From contig NW_021823629.1 of the NCBI RefSeq assembly GCF_006345805.1, positions 1 to 21,850 on the forward strand: a stretch of DNA of 21,850 bases. Direction: 5' to 3'. Position numbers and translations under genes: made by a program. Of this stretch, positions 9,599-21,583 are shown in pieces. The first letter of the stretch is position 1. Each line of letters opens with the position of its first letter. Under the pieces are notes generated by a model. It had not been told where the DNA came from, did not search any database, and saw only the letters and a program-made list of their open reading frames with translations. Source of the DNA: Octopus sinensis. Taxonomy: Eukaryota.

Positions 9599-9702
9599 CA
9601 GCATTACATGTGTTTCATTTCCTAATAGGAATTACAAACATTTACATGTAGAGAAAAAATGTAAAAGATTTCCTTTAAGAAAATCTTTGAACATACATGT
9701 GT

Positions 9703-9945
9703 GTGGACCCTTGTCCAGATATTATGTGATGTTCGTAAAGGGCCATCATGACCGTCATACTTGTGCAGTTGTTCATTTCCAGTCCTCTGCGTAAAATATG
9801 TCTCACCAGGAAAAATATTTCCTTGCTTGGAAACATGTGAGGATTGGTCACAAGAAAGGTACCCAGATGTAGAAAATCTCCATCAATGAATTCCATCTGA
9901 TTGACAGAAGCATGAATAGGAGAATTTTAAATGATGAGGATCATC
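9703..9945 (+). mobile_element. Old RTE-related 3' end, paralog of 5108-5350
   Basis: Colinear with 5108-5350, so it predates the older gene duplication. Confidence 0.65.
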
Positions 9946-9949
9946 ATCA

Positions 9950-11523
<1,574 letters not shown>

Positions 11524-13724
11524 GCCACAGTCATATGATGATGTTCCGTATTCCTCCGATATTTCTTCAAGAAAAATAAAATCGAACCTTCAAGTTGTAC
11601 AGATCAACAACTTTTTAATAATATTTCTCCTCTCACCAAAATATATGGATATTTTGCTTCTTTTTGCTTTAATAGTTAATTCCAAACAAATATCACTTCT
11701 CTTATATTTCTTCTGAACGTGATCATTGCCAATATTTAAAAATGTTGCAAATACTCTTTGGAAATCTATCAAAGTATATTTAAAAGAGAAAATTATCTCT
11801 TGCACATTTCAGACACAGAAGTGAAGAAATGCTTTCTCTCTCAGAGGAAATATTTTACTGTAATTCAGCAATGTTTTATAGAAGCAGGATTATACGTTTG
11901 TAGAATATCTTTGCAGAGTCTTTCAAACATGATACATATTCATGATTCTTTAAAAGCAAAAAATACTTTTTATCCAATTTCATGTGATTCTTCTGAAAGA
12001 ATAGAAAAAATAATATAAGACATCAAGTATGTTTAAAAGGCAGATATTCAAAAGTGCAAATTTACGACATTTCTGTTTCCATAAATTGTAGAAGTAATTC
12101 TTTATCTGAACTATTATATTAATCCCATCTCTCTATTTTCGAGAAGTTTATATCAGGGTGTAGACACATGTAGTATAATAACATCTGGACATTAAGTCTG
12201 TCATAGACACACACCAACATACATGTCAATAACACTAGATATCTGATGTTTTAATCTCAATGATGTGTTGTAAAAGAGATATCACACCTCCTCTGCCTCT
12301 TTCCGTACATTTATAAATATATAAATACACACATACAGGCAGCTTAATGTCAATATTCTGTGTTACATGAAACATGAATAAAAGTCAGCAAATAATCAGT
12401 ATGGATGACTAACAGCATCAAAATCTTTTGTGGGGAATTTTTCATGTAGGAGAAATTATTGGTTGAGGTGGAGAAGGAAATTGGTGACAATCCTTCTCAA
12501 TGGGGGCAAATGATGCGTAATCACGGAGGTGTGAGTTCGAGTCTCATAGCCTGCCGCCAACACTTTTCTGCAAAATAGGGGTAGCTTATCCTGTTCAGGC
12601 TATATTATTAGCAATATCCTGCCTTTGAGAATTTAAAATCATTTCTTAAACTTTCTAAGACATCTCAAAAGCTTCTAAAGCAAACTTCGTTTGTTTGTTT
12701 ACGTTCATCGTAATTTGAATATAAATATATATGTATTACGAAGAGAGAAAAGGATAACTTAGGTAATTAATTGAAAATAGCATAAAAACACAGAGTGCAA
12801 TTCATATATAATGCCTTAAATCCCAACAACGGACCATTGAATGTGTTTATGTGAAAAAAGATATCAAAAAACATTAGCACGTAAGAGTGAGAAAGAAACT
12901 CGGAAGGTATCAGGTGGTCGTGGGGTGCGCGATAAATAACAGCTAAATTGCTCTTCAATCGGTTTTTTCCCTTCTTTGTTGGTTTCATAACCGATTGAAT
13001 CCTTGCATGTACAGCAGAAATACGCAGAATGTATTTTTATACATTCCGCATGTCTTAGAAATTACATCGTAATTTTCCCGCGGAATTTACATGTGAGGAA
13101 GAAAGAGAAAAGTTATCTACACAAGGTATCCATCGGACGTTAACAAATAATATAGGAAATAAGGAAAGATGCAATGAAATATCTGAATGTAAAGGAGACA
13201 CAACGAAAGTATTGAAAGAACAGCCTCACCGAAGTTGAAAAAGTGGGTTTCCATCGCAAAAAAATTAGGGAAAGGTAGGTGCGGTCCATGCCCTTTACCT
13301 CCGCTATTTCGTCTTTGTTTAGTGAGATTCTTTCTTGTAACTTACTCAACACATCGAAACAAACAGACGTACGTAATATGATACATATACAATAGAAATA
13401 TACTTACATAGTAATATATATTCAGAGACAGTCAACGATGAAAATATGAGAATATGTTGAATGAGTGAAAAGTTAGAGTGGACAGTGACAGCTTCAAGAG
13501 AATTTTTACGACGAATATTAATATTTAACAGGTCAACATAATAAAAAAAAATGCTGCATCTGTTTCTTTAGACACTTAATTACCAATCACGTGTCTATTT
13601 AATTAGATTTTCTCGTCAATATCGGTTGTAAAGTGGAACTGATCAAGCAATACACATGCATACGGAGCAACAAAATTAGGAAGAATTAACTCTGAACAAG
13701 GGGAACTAAGTCTTATCTTTCTAC

Positions 13725-14100
13725 TCTAGCGGTGTCATATGAAATTGTCACCCATAATTATGACCCTAGTATCGATCTACTGCATTTCAATCTATTTTAG
13801 GGTTAGGGTTGGGGGGAAGGATAATCTTTTTTCTTCACAAATGTAAATAAACCCAATCTGTTTCTTAAACGAGGGACATATTCATACGGCACAGGAATTT
13901 TTTCCTTACCTCAATGGACGTCATTGATTGGTTGAAATTGCAGAAAAAACAACAAATATCTTACAAAGTATAGAATTTTCTCAATAAAGCCAAGAGAGAA
14001 AGATGTTTTATAAACACATTCTACCAGTATACGAAGTTGAAAATTTTTTAGTTACCTAGAAATTATGTTAAAAAAACTGCCGTTCAAACCGAAAAGATCC
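13725..14100 (+). mobile_element. MITE-like DNA element, duplicate of 8782-9158 (right TIR 14071-14100)
   Basis: Near-identical sequence with the same truncated left end. Confidence 0.8.
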
Positions 14101-14467
14101 TATATGTGTTAAAAAATTTCATCACGCAATCGAACCAATGAGAGAGCCTCTGCCTGGTCGCTCGACATGCTAAAAATAGCAGCCAAAGTATACCCCTATC
14201 TAAATCACATGCCCATTGTACGTAATGTCCTAGATTATCCCTCAAAAGACAGTTTGCTGAAGGCTGGAATGTCTTTGATGATACGTTTGCTGTATCAGGT
14301 TTGATTTGAGGCTAAATAACATTATGGTAAATTTCTATATCAACTCCCGCATGATTTTCACTAAGAAAAAAATCAAAATGTTAGATTTTTTGTGTGGAAT
14401 CAACTACCCTGACCTCATAATATGCTACAAAACCCTTTTATGGGTCCAAAACATGGGGTGGGGTGAG

Positions 14468-14838
14468 ATTGATCACTTTCATAGATTGATTTAGCACAAA
14501 TAGCTTAGGTTACAGTTATATCTTTCATATTAATACAACTGTGTAGAAACAATTCACCATTTTGAAAGAATGATTCAGGTTTAACATCACAGTGATATGT
14601 TTTCCTTCCTCAGTCAATGCTCTTTTGATTCAATAATGGATAATTTCATTTCAAAGATTTACTATAGATGTCACATTCATATAGTTTCTATCAAGTGTAG
14701 AGTTCTTTATAAGTTCCAAGCTTGACCTTCTGACGGAATGTCATACAACAAATGCCACTGTGCTATGGATCCTTTGCATAACGAATGCACTTGTGTTTAA
14801 TTAAGTGATGATTTTATGAGAATGATTTTCCGCAGATA
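14468..14838 (-). pseudogene. Fossil zinc-finger repeats in the 3' region of gene 3
   Basis: Highly similar to 9991-10361. Confidence 0.75.
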
Positions 14839-15105
14839 TCAGTGATACGGTTCCTCACCTGTATGAATACACTTGTGATAAGTTAAGTTACAACCATCAG
14901 GAAATGATTTACCACAGATATCACAGTGATATGGTTTCTCCCCTGTATGAGTACGTTTGTGTCGAGTTAAGCTACGGCTCTCAGAGAATGATTTACCACA
15001 GATATCACAGTGGTAGTTTTTATCTCCTGTATGGATATGCTTGTGAATATCTAAGCTATGAGTACGTGAGAATGATTTACTACAGATATCACAATGATAT
15101 GGTTT
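14839..15105 (-). other. Three intact in-frame zinc fingers beyond the internal TAG of gene 3
   Basis: Translates as [88 protein letters not shown] (TGA at 14841-14839). Confidence 0.9.
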
Positions 15106-16302
15106 CTACCCTGAATGAATACGTTTGTGTGCAGTTAAGTTACTGCCATCAGAGTATGATTTACCACAAATATCACAGCGATATGGTTCCTCTCCTGTGT
15201 GAATACGTTTGTGTGCAGTCAAGTTACTGCTAACAGAAAATGATTTACCACAGATATCACAGTGATAAGGTTTCTCCCCTGTATGAATGCGCTTGTGTTT
15301 AATTAAGGTACTTCCATCAGAGAAAGATTTACCACAGATATCACAGGAATATGGCTTCTCTCCTGTATGAACCCGTTTGTGAGTAGTTAAGCTGCTGCTT
15401 TGAGAGAATGATTTACCACAGATATCACAGTCATATGGTTTCTCGCCTGTGTGAATACGTTTGTGGTTTGTTAAGTGACTATTTAGAGAGAATGATTTAC
15501 CACAGATATCACAGTGATATGGTTTGTCCCCTGTATGAATACATATGTGCTTCGTTAAGCTACTTCCATCAGAGAAAGATTTACCACAGATATCACAGCG
15601 ATATGGTTTCTCTCCAGTATGAATATATTTGTGTCTCGTTAAGCTACCGCCAACAGAGAATGATTTACCACAGATATCACAGTGATATGGTTTCTCCCCT
15701 CCATGAACCTGTCTGTGAGTAGTTAAATTACTGTCATTAGAGAATGATTTACCACAGATATCACAGCGATATGGTTTCTCGCCTGTATGAAGACGTTTGT
15801 GTTTAGTTAAGCTACTGGAAACAGAGAATGATTTACCACAGATATCACAGTGGTGTGGTTTCTCACCTGTATGAACACGTTTGTGTTGAGTTAAGCTACT
15901 GCTTTGAGAGAATGATTTACCACAGATATTACAGGTATATGGTTTGTCTCCTGTATGAATATGTTTGTGTTGAATTAAGGCACTGCCATCAGAGAATGAT
16001 TTATCACAAATATCACAGTGATATGGTTTGTCCCCTGTATGAATACGCTTGTGAATATCTAAGCTATGAGTACGAGAGAATGATTTACCACAGATATTAC
16101 AGGTATATGGTTTCTCTCCTGTATGAATACGTATGTGTTGTGTTAAGTGACTGTTACTTAAGAATGATTTACCACAGATACTACAGTGATATGGTGCTTC
16201 CTCTGTATGAATTTGTTTGTGTTGATTGAATTTACTTTCTTCTAAGAATGACTCTTTGCAGATATCACAGTCATATGATGATTTTCCTAATTCTTCCGAC
16301 AT
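15106..16302 (-). CDS. C2H2 zinc-finger protein, gene 3 (14 intact fingers; stop is GAG->TAG in a linker)
   Basis: 398 aa, [15 protein letters not shown]...; ends IHSG* where the linker consensus is TGEKP. Confidence 0.92.
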   Translation of the reverse strand: MSEELGKSSYDCDICKESFLEESKFNQHKQIHTEEAPYHCSICGKSFLSNSHLTQHIRIHTGEKPYTCNICGKSFSRTHSLDIHKRIHTGDKPYHCDICDKSFSDGSALIQHKHIHTGDKPYTCNICGKSFSQSSSLTQHKRVHTGEKPHHCDICGKSFSVSSSLTKHKRLHTGEKPYRCDICGKSFSNDSNLTTHRQVHGGEKPYHCDICGKSFSVGGSLTRHKYIHTGEKPYRCDICGKSFSDGSSLTKHICIHTGDKPYHCDICGKSFSLNSHLTNHKRIHTGEKPYDCDICGKSFSQSSSLTTHKRVHTGEKPYSCDICGKSFSDGSTLIKHKRIHTGEKPYHCDICGKSFSVSSNLTAHKRIHTGEEPYRCDICGKSYSDGSNLTAHKRIHSG

Positions 16303-18890
16303 CTCTTCAAGAAAAATAAACCTGAACCTTCAAGTTGTACAGATCAAGAACTTTTCGAAAATATTTCTCCTCTCACCAAAATATATGGATATTTTGCTTC
16401 TTTTTGCTTTAATAGTTAATTCCAAACAAATATCACTTCTCTTATATTTCTTCTGAACGTGATCATTGCCAATATTTAAAAATGTTGCAAATACTCTTTG
16501 GAAATCTATCAAAGTATATTTAAAAGAGAAGATTATCTTTTGCACATTTCAGACACAGAAGTAAAGAAATGCTTTCTCTCTCTCAGAGGAAATATTTTAC
16601 TGTAATTCAGCAATGTTTTCTAAAAGCAGGATTATACGTTTGTAGAATATCTTTGCAGAGTCTTTCAAACATGATACATATTGATGATTCTTTAAAAGTA
16701 AAAAATACTTTTTAGCCAATTTCATGTGATTTTTCTGAAAGAATAGAAAAAATAATATAAGACATAAAGCATGTTTAAAAGGCAGATATTCAAAAGTGCA
16801 AATTTACGACATTTCTGTTTTCATAAATTGTAGAATTGATCCTTTATCTGAACTATTATATTCATCCCATCTCTCTATTTTCAAGAGGTTTATATCACAG
16901 ACACATCCATCGTAATAACACCTCCTGGACTTTGCGTCTGTCCTAGACACACACACACACCAATATACATGTCAATGACAGTAGATATCTGATGTCTTCC
17001 CCTCAGTGTTCTATTGTATCAACACAGGTTTGTTTTATAACATAGACATCACTCCTCCTCTGCCTCTTTCTGTATATGCATAAATATACAAATATATATA
17101 TGTGGTTAGCTTAATGTTAACCTTTTGTTGAGCATAAAAGATGCATAAAAGTCAGTAAATAATATTGATGTCTGACTTGCAGCATCAAAATCTTTTGTGG
17201 GGAATTTTTGATGTTAAGAAAAATTGTTGGTTGATGAAATTGGTGACAATCCTTCTCCATGGGGCAAATGGAAGAGGCTTCAATGAAGTCTATCCTTCTT
17301 TTACGGAAAAACTATAATTTCTTTTCATTGTTATGCACATAGTTTTAAAACTTAGCCATTCTTGTTTTTTTCTTTTAATTATAAATTCTTACACATTATA
17401 ATTAATGTTTCTCTTCCTTGTTGCTTCAAAACGAAATATTGTTTATCTGGATGAGTGAAAAATACATTCATATTAAATATATACGCATTACGAAGAAAGA
17501 AAAGGATAACTTGCATAATTAATTGAAAATAACATTTAAAAAGGGTGCAATTCTGCTTTAAACATTATATAGTTCCTTAAATTTCTTTTCCCATTTTTCT
17601 GTGGAATTTTCGAAAAATTCTCCAAATTTGTGACCTACATTATGAAAAAATTGTTTCCCATTTTTTAAAAAATTGCCACTGTAGAACTTTGATTAAATCT
17701 CAACAATGTGTTTATGTGGAGAAGGATATCTTTTCTACTCTAGGCACAAGGCCAGAAATTTTGGGAGAGGGGGCCCAAGTGGATTAGATAGACCCCAGTA
17801 CGCAACTGGTACTAAATTTATCGACCTCGAAAGGATGAAAGGCAAAGTCGACCTCGACGGAATTTGAACTCACGTGCTAACGATTCTACCAGCTCGCCGG
17901 TTTTATATGGAGAAAAATACTGAAAAACGTCAGCACATCGGAGTGACAAAGAAACTAGGGAGGTATCAGGTGGTCGTGAGATGTGCGAAAAATAACAGCT
18001 AAATAGCTCTTAAAGCACACAGCTTTTGCTTGTTTGTTGAATTCTCGTGTGTAGAATATGTATTTGCAAAAATTTTCTGAAAATTCCGGAAAAAACAAAA
18101 CAAACCCCAGATATTAATTGTAAGTTGTAATGATGCAGAAGAAACGCCAGAAATAAAGACTTCCTATGTCTCAAATAAAAGCCATTTCCTCTCGATAAGA
18201 TATTTGCTTTTCGTTTCAGTATTTCAAGTGCACACTCGTATGTTTATACATTCCCCATTTCTTACTAATTCCATCGTAATTTTCCCGCTTTTAACGAAAT
18301 CGTCGAATTTACACGTTAGAAAGAAAGATAAATGTTATCTAAACAAGGGATTGATCCGACGTTTTTACAAATAATTTAGAAAATAACCAAAAGTGCAATG
18401 AAATGTCTAAAAGAAAACGACAACACAATGAAAGTATTAAAATTACAGCCTTTCGTATAATTTCGTCTTCGAGATTTTTTTTCCTTTTTACTTTCTCAAC
18501 ACATCGAAACAAATAAATGTACATAATACGACACATATATAATAGAAATGTTTAAATAAATACTTACATAGTAATAGATATGGAGAGAAAGAGTGAAGGA
18601 GGAAGATGTGAGAACTGGAGTCAGAGTGGACAACGACAGCTTCAAGAGAATTTCTAGATTTCTACAACAAACGTTAATTAATATTTTTCAGGTCCACATA
18701 ATCTTAAATGCTGTATCTGTTTGTTTAGACAGTTAATTACCAATCATTTGTATATATTTGATTGGATTTTCTCTTAAATATCAGTCGTAAAGTGGAACTG
18801 ATCAAACAATCAAGGTGCGTGAGAAACAGGAGCAAGAAATACACTTAATGAGGAAGAGTTTTGATAATGAACAACGAGAACTAACTCCAA
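16200..18890. repeat. Older, more diverged third copy of the gene 5' region
   Basis: Very similar to copies A and B up to ~16900, then clearly more diverged but colinear to ~18890. Confidence 0.85.
17729..17900 (-). mobile_element. tRNA-derived SINE with target-site duplication, in the intron of gene 3
   Basis: Minus strand GGCGAGCTGGTAGAATCGTTAGCAC (A box) and GAGTTCAAATTCC (B box). Flanked by TTTATGTGGAGAA (17711-17723) and TTTATATGGAGAA (17902-17914). The site is empty in units 1 and 2. Confidence 0.88.
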
Positions 18891-18975
18891 TTTCTTAATT
18901 ACCCACCAGAAGAGGGGACATTACAAAACATTGGGGACATAGAACATTATAATTAAATTTATGAACAATGAATTA

Positions 18976-19193
18976 TCAACTCTTTAGTGTTTAAACCGGC
19001 CAAAATATTCTACCTATTTTATGTTCAAACTAGTCAGATATGGTCATTCATAGTTACCTTATTGTGTTTTTTGAAAAATAAACAATCACATCATTGAAAT
19101 CTTAAAGTCATGAAATGATACAAGATTAATTTTACATGGTGTGAATACATAAGCTTTACATTTGACAGAATAATCTGAATGCTAAAGGCCTAA
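18976..19193. mobile_element. Degenerate piggyBac-like (TTAA) MITE
   Basis: Imperfect inverted ends CTCTTTAGTGTTTA (18980-18993) and TGAATGCTAAAGGC (19176-19189), 9/14 matches, flanked by TCAA and CTAA (decayed TTAA). Confidence 0.45.
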
Positions 19194-19199
19194 TGAAAA

Positions 19200-20700
19200 A
19201 ATGATAATATGAAAGCGACGCTCTCGGCCCCATCCGCCAGCATCACTTACCTGTCCTTTATCACCCATTTCCAATTACAATTCCTAGTTTTTCTATCACA
19301 CTCTTCGTTTTCCTTTCATACATCTCTATCATTTCACCCTGCATCGGCACTGTCATCCATTTTATACCCTCTTCCTCACACCTCCTCGCCAATGTCTCCA
19401 TAAATTCATATTTCACAACCGCGTAACTACCATCTTCATGTTCGCGCCATAAGTCTTTATGTACCATCCTTTTCGAGTTCTGGGTGTCCCTCCTCCTCGC
19501 AACATACAAAAAATAGGTCCTGGGACTTTGTTCGTTCTGTGTGTCTGCATTTGTTTTTGTTTTTCTTGTAGGCGGGGAGTGGGTGGAATCGCTGTTTGCA
19601 GGGGAGGGATGGGATTCAGAGGGTACGTGTGGTGTTGGGGTTGGTTAGGGTTTCGTACTGTTTTCTTTTTTCTTTCTTTTCCTTTTTTTATCCCTTCTTC
19701 CCACTCTTGCTGGATCTCCTCCCCTTCAGTTGCTTCCCTTTCTGTTTGGTTCTCCTTTTCTTTAGTGTCTTCCTTCTTTTGGGGTTCCGTAACGATTTCC
19801 TTTTCCTTTGGAGGGAGAGGGCAGTAGGCTCTTATGTGACCCCTCAGGCCACACTTATAGCACCTGGGCGCCCTGCCCTCCACCCACACTCTCATAATAA
19901 TGTTCCCCGTTCCTACAGTATCTGTCAGCCCTTCCACTGCTTCCGCCTCCGTCTGCATATTCATGTCCAAGGTAGCACCTCTCACGCCTTCGCACTTCAT
20001 CGTGGCGTGGAGGATGTCCACCTTTTCCTCGTTTCCCTTAATCACCGCTGCCGTTATGTATTCACCCGCTAGGTGTGGAGGTATTCCCTCCACCCTAATT
20101 CTTGTGGTCCTTCTATTTAGATACGAGGGCAGTAAGTATATTTTCTCGGTCTTCACCACCTTGGCTGCTATTTTTTTGGCGACGTTCTCACTTCTATACT
20201 GCACCGTTACCGTTCCACACTCCATTCCTCCAGTCAGGTAAACAATTTCCTCTCCAGTCTGTTTCAATGCCTCTTCAATAACTTCCACATTGACTACTTC
20301 CATCCTTCTTCCCCCATTCACGCACACTCCATATTTTATGGTTCCAAGATTGAACCACTCGCCCCGCTTTGCTGGAGGTGACAGCTCGACTTCGTCGTTT
20401 TCCTCCTCCTTCATAAAATTCTGGAAGCCTGGTAGTTTAGCCAGGTCCACCTCTTTTTCTATCGACTTCCTCATTATTCCTGCGTAGGTACTTTCCAGCT
20501 TCCTGTCCATTTTTGCCACTGCTTCTTCCAACTCCTCCTCAGATGTTGACAATTCCGGCAAACTTTCAAATAAATTCCTCCCGGCCATCTCACCAGTTAG
20601 GGAGAGGCGGCTCATAATCTCCTCAGACCGAAAACGGCCGCCCAAACAGAAACAGTGCAACGCGCAGAACCAGTGCGACGCGAAACCGCATCAACCGAAG
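19200..20700 (-). mobile_element. Tx1/L1-like non-LTR retrotransposon, 5' portion (5'UTR, ORF1, first codons of probable ORF2)
   Basis: GC-richer island containing a gag-like ORF1. Boundaries are approximate. Confidence 0.75.
19261..20615 (-). pseudogene. Retrotransposon ORF1 (gag-like, CCHC zinc knuckle), probably with one frameshift
   Basis: First ATG at 20615 (MSRLSL). Contains RIRVEGIPPHL and VWVEGRAPR-CYKCGLRGHIRAYC, then an acidic/basic tail. An overlapping frame is open from ~19644 to TGA 19263-19261 (...SPRTYFLYVARRR...IVIGNG*) and likely encodes the real C-terminus. Confidence 0.8.
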
Positions 20701-20922
20701 TTCAAAACTCCACAACACTTTTTGTTCTTTTTCACCGACGTCAAACGTTAGGGAACTAACTCCGGTCTTTAAAGAATTGCGGCTCTACTTTATAGATTTG
20801 CTATTTTGTGAAAGATGTTTCTTTGATAATTCTGTCTCATAAATTATTATTATTGTCATTATTACCAATCCTGCCGAATCTTTTCTGTTTGGCTGCAAAT
20901 ATGGAAGTTTTTAATTATTCAC

Positions 20923-21003
20923 ATATATATATATATATATTATAATTATATATATATACATATATATATATTTATATATCTATATTATATTTATATATAT
21001 ATA
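20923..21003. repeat. Imperfect (TA)n microsatellite
   Basis: Read directly from the sequence. Confidence 0.9.
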
Positions 21004-21244
21004 CTCTTTTATTCTTTTACTTGTTTCAGTCATTTGACTGCGGCCATGCTAGAGCACCGCCTTTAGTCGAGCAAATCGACTCCGGGACTTATTAATTGTA
21101 AGCCCAGTACTTACTCTATCGGTCACTTTTGCCGAACCCCTAAGTGCCGGGGACGTAAACACACCAGCATGCAATGCTACCGGGACAAACACACATACAT
21201 ACATACATATATGAGTGTGTATGCACACATATTTATATTTATAT

Positions 21245-21546
21245 GTAAATTTTTTTCATACTTGCATTAAATTCTCTGAAGAGGCCGTGAGATATTCTTG
21301 TTAATGTCTCATTTATACCTGCTTTATATGGCTAATAGGTTAAATGGGACATACCTGTCTTCACGGCCGAAACAGCTGTCAGCTACAATGTAAATGTAAA
21401 TGTATTTCTATTTCTATGTCTTGTTATATTTGTACTATATTAATGTATAATATCATTGCTATTGTGTAATGGTTTAATAAAGTATTGATTGGGTATTATC
21501 TGATGGTTGATGATTGATTTAGATATATTTCTCCGTTTTCTCATTT

Positions 21547-21550
<4 letters not shown>
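21245..21550 (+). mobile_element. Probable Penelope-like element terminal-repeat fragment inserted in a (TA)n tract
   Basis: AT-rich non-repetitive insert between two TA-rich tracts, carrying a minimal hammerhead motif. The family assignment is inferred from the ribozyme type only. Confidence 0.55.
21263..21392 (+). ncRNA. Type I hammerhead ribozyme motif
   Basis: CTGAAGA 21276-21282; stem II GGCCGTGA 21283-21290 / TCACGGCC 21361-21368; GAAA 21369-21372; stem III AC-AGCT-GT; cleavage triplet GTC 21378-21380. Confidence 0.85.

Positions 21551-21583
<33 letters not shown>

Noticed and set aside
16330-16545. 71-aa ORF in frame with gene 3 (and 11590-11805 with gene 2), separated by a single TGA
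   Set aside because: It starts at GTG, is AT-rich and UTR-like, and the frame is broken in gene 1 (39-bp deletion plus 1-bp insertion). Probably chance, though UGA editing cannot be formally excluded.
19459-20487. Plus-strand ORFs over the retrotransposon ORF1
   Set aside because: Antisense shadows of a purine-rich coding strand.
18877-20763. GRGAACTAACTCC at ~18877 and 20751 as a TSD of the Tx1-like element
   Set aside because: The left copy is ~300 bp from the element's end, beyond an older MITE, and is homologous to GGGAACTAAGTC in units 1 and 2. It is not a flanking duplication.
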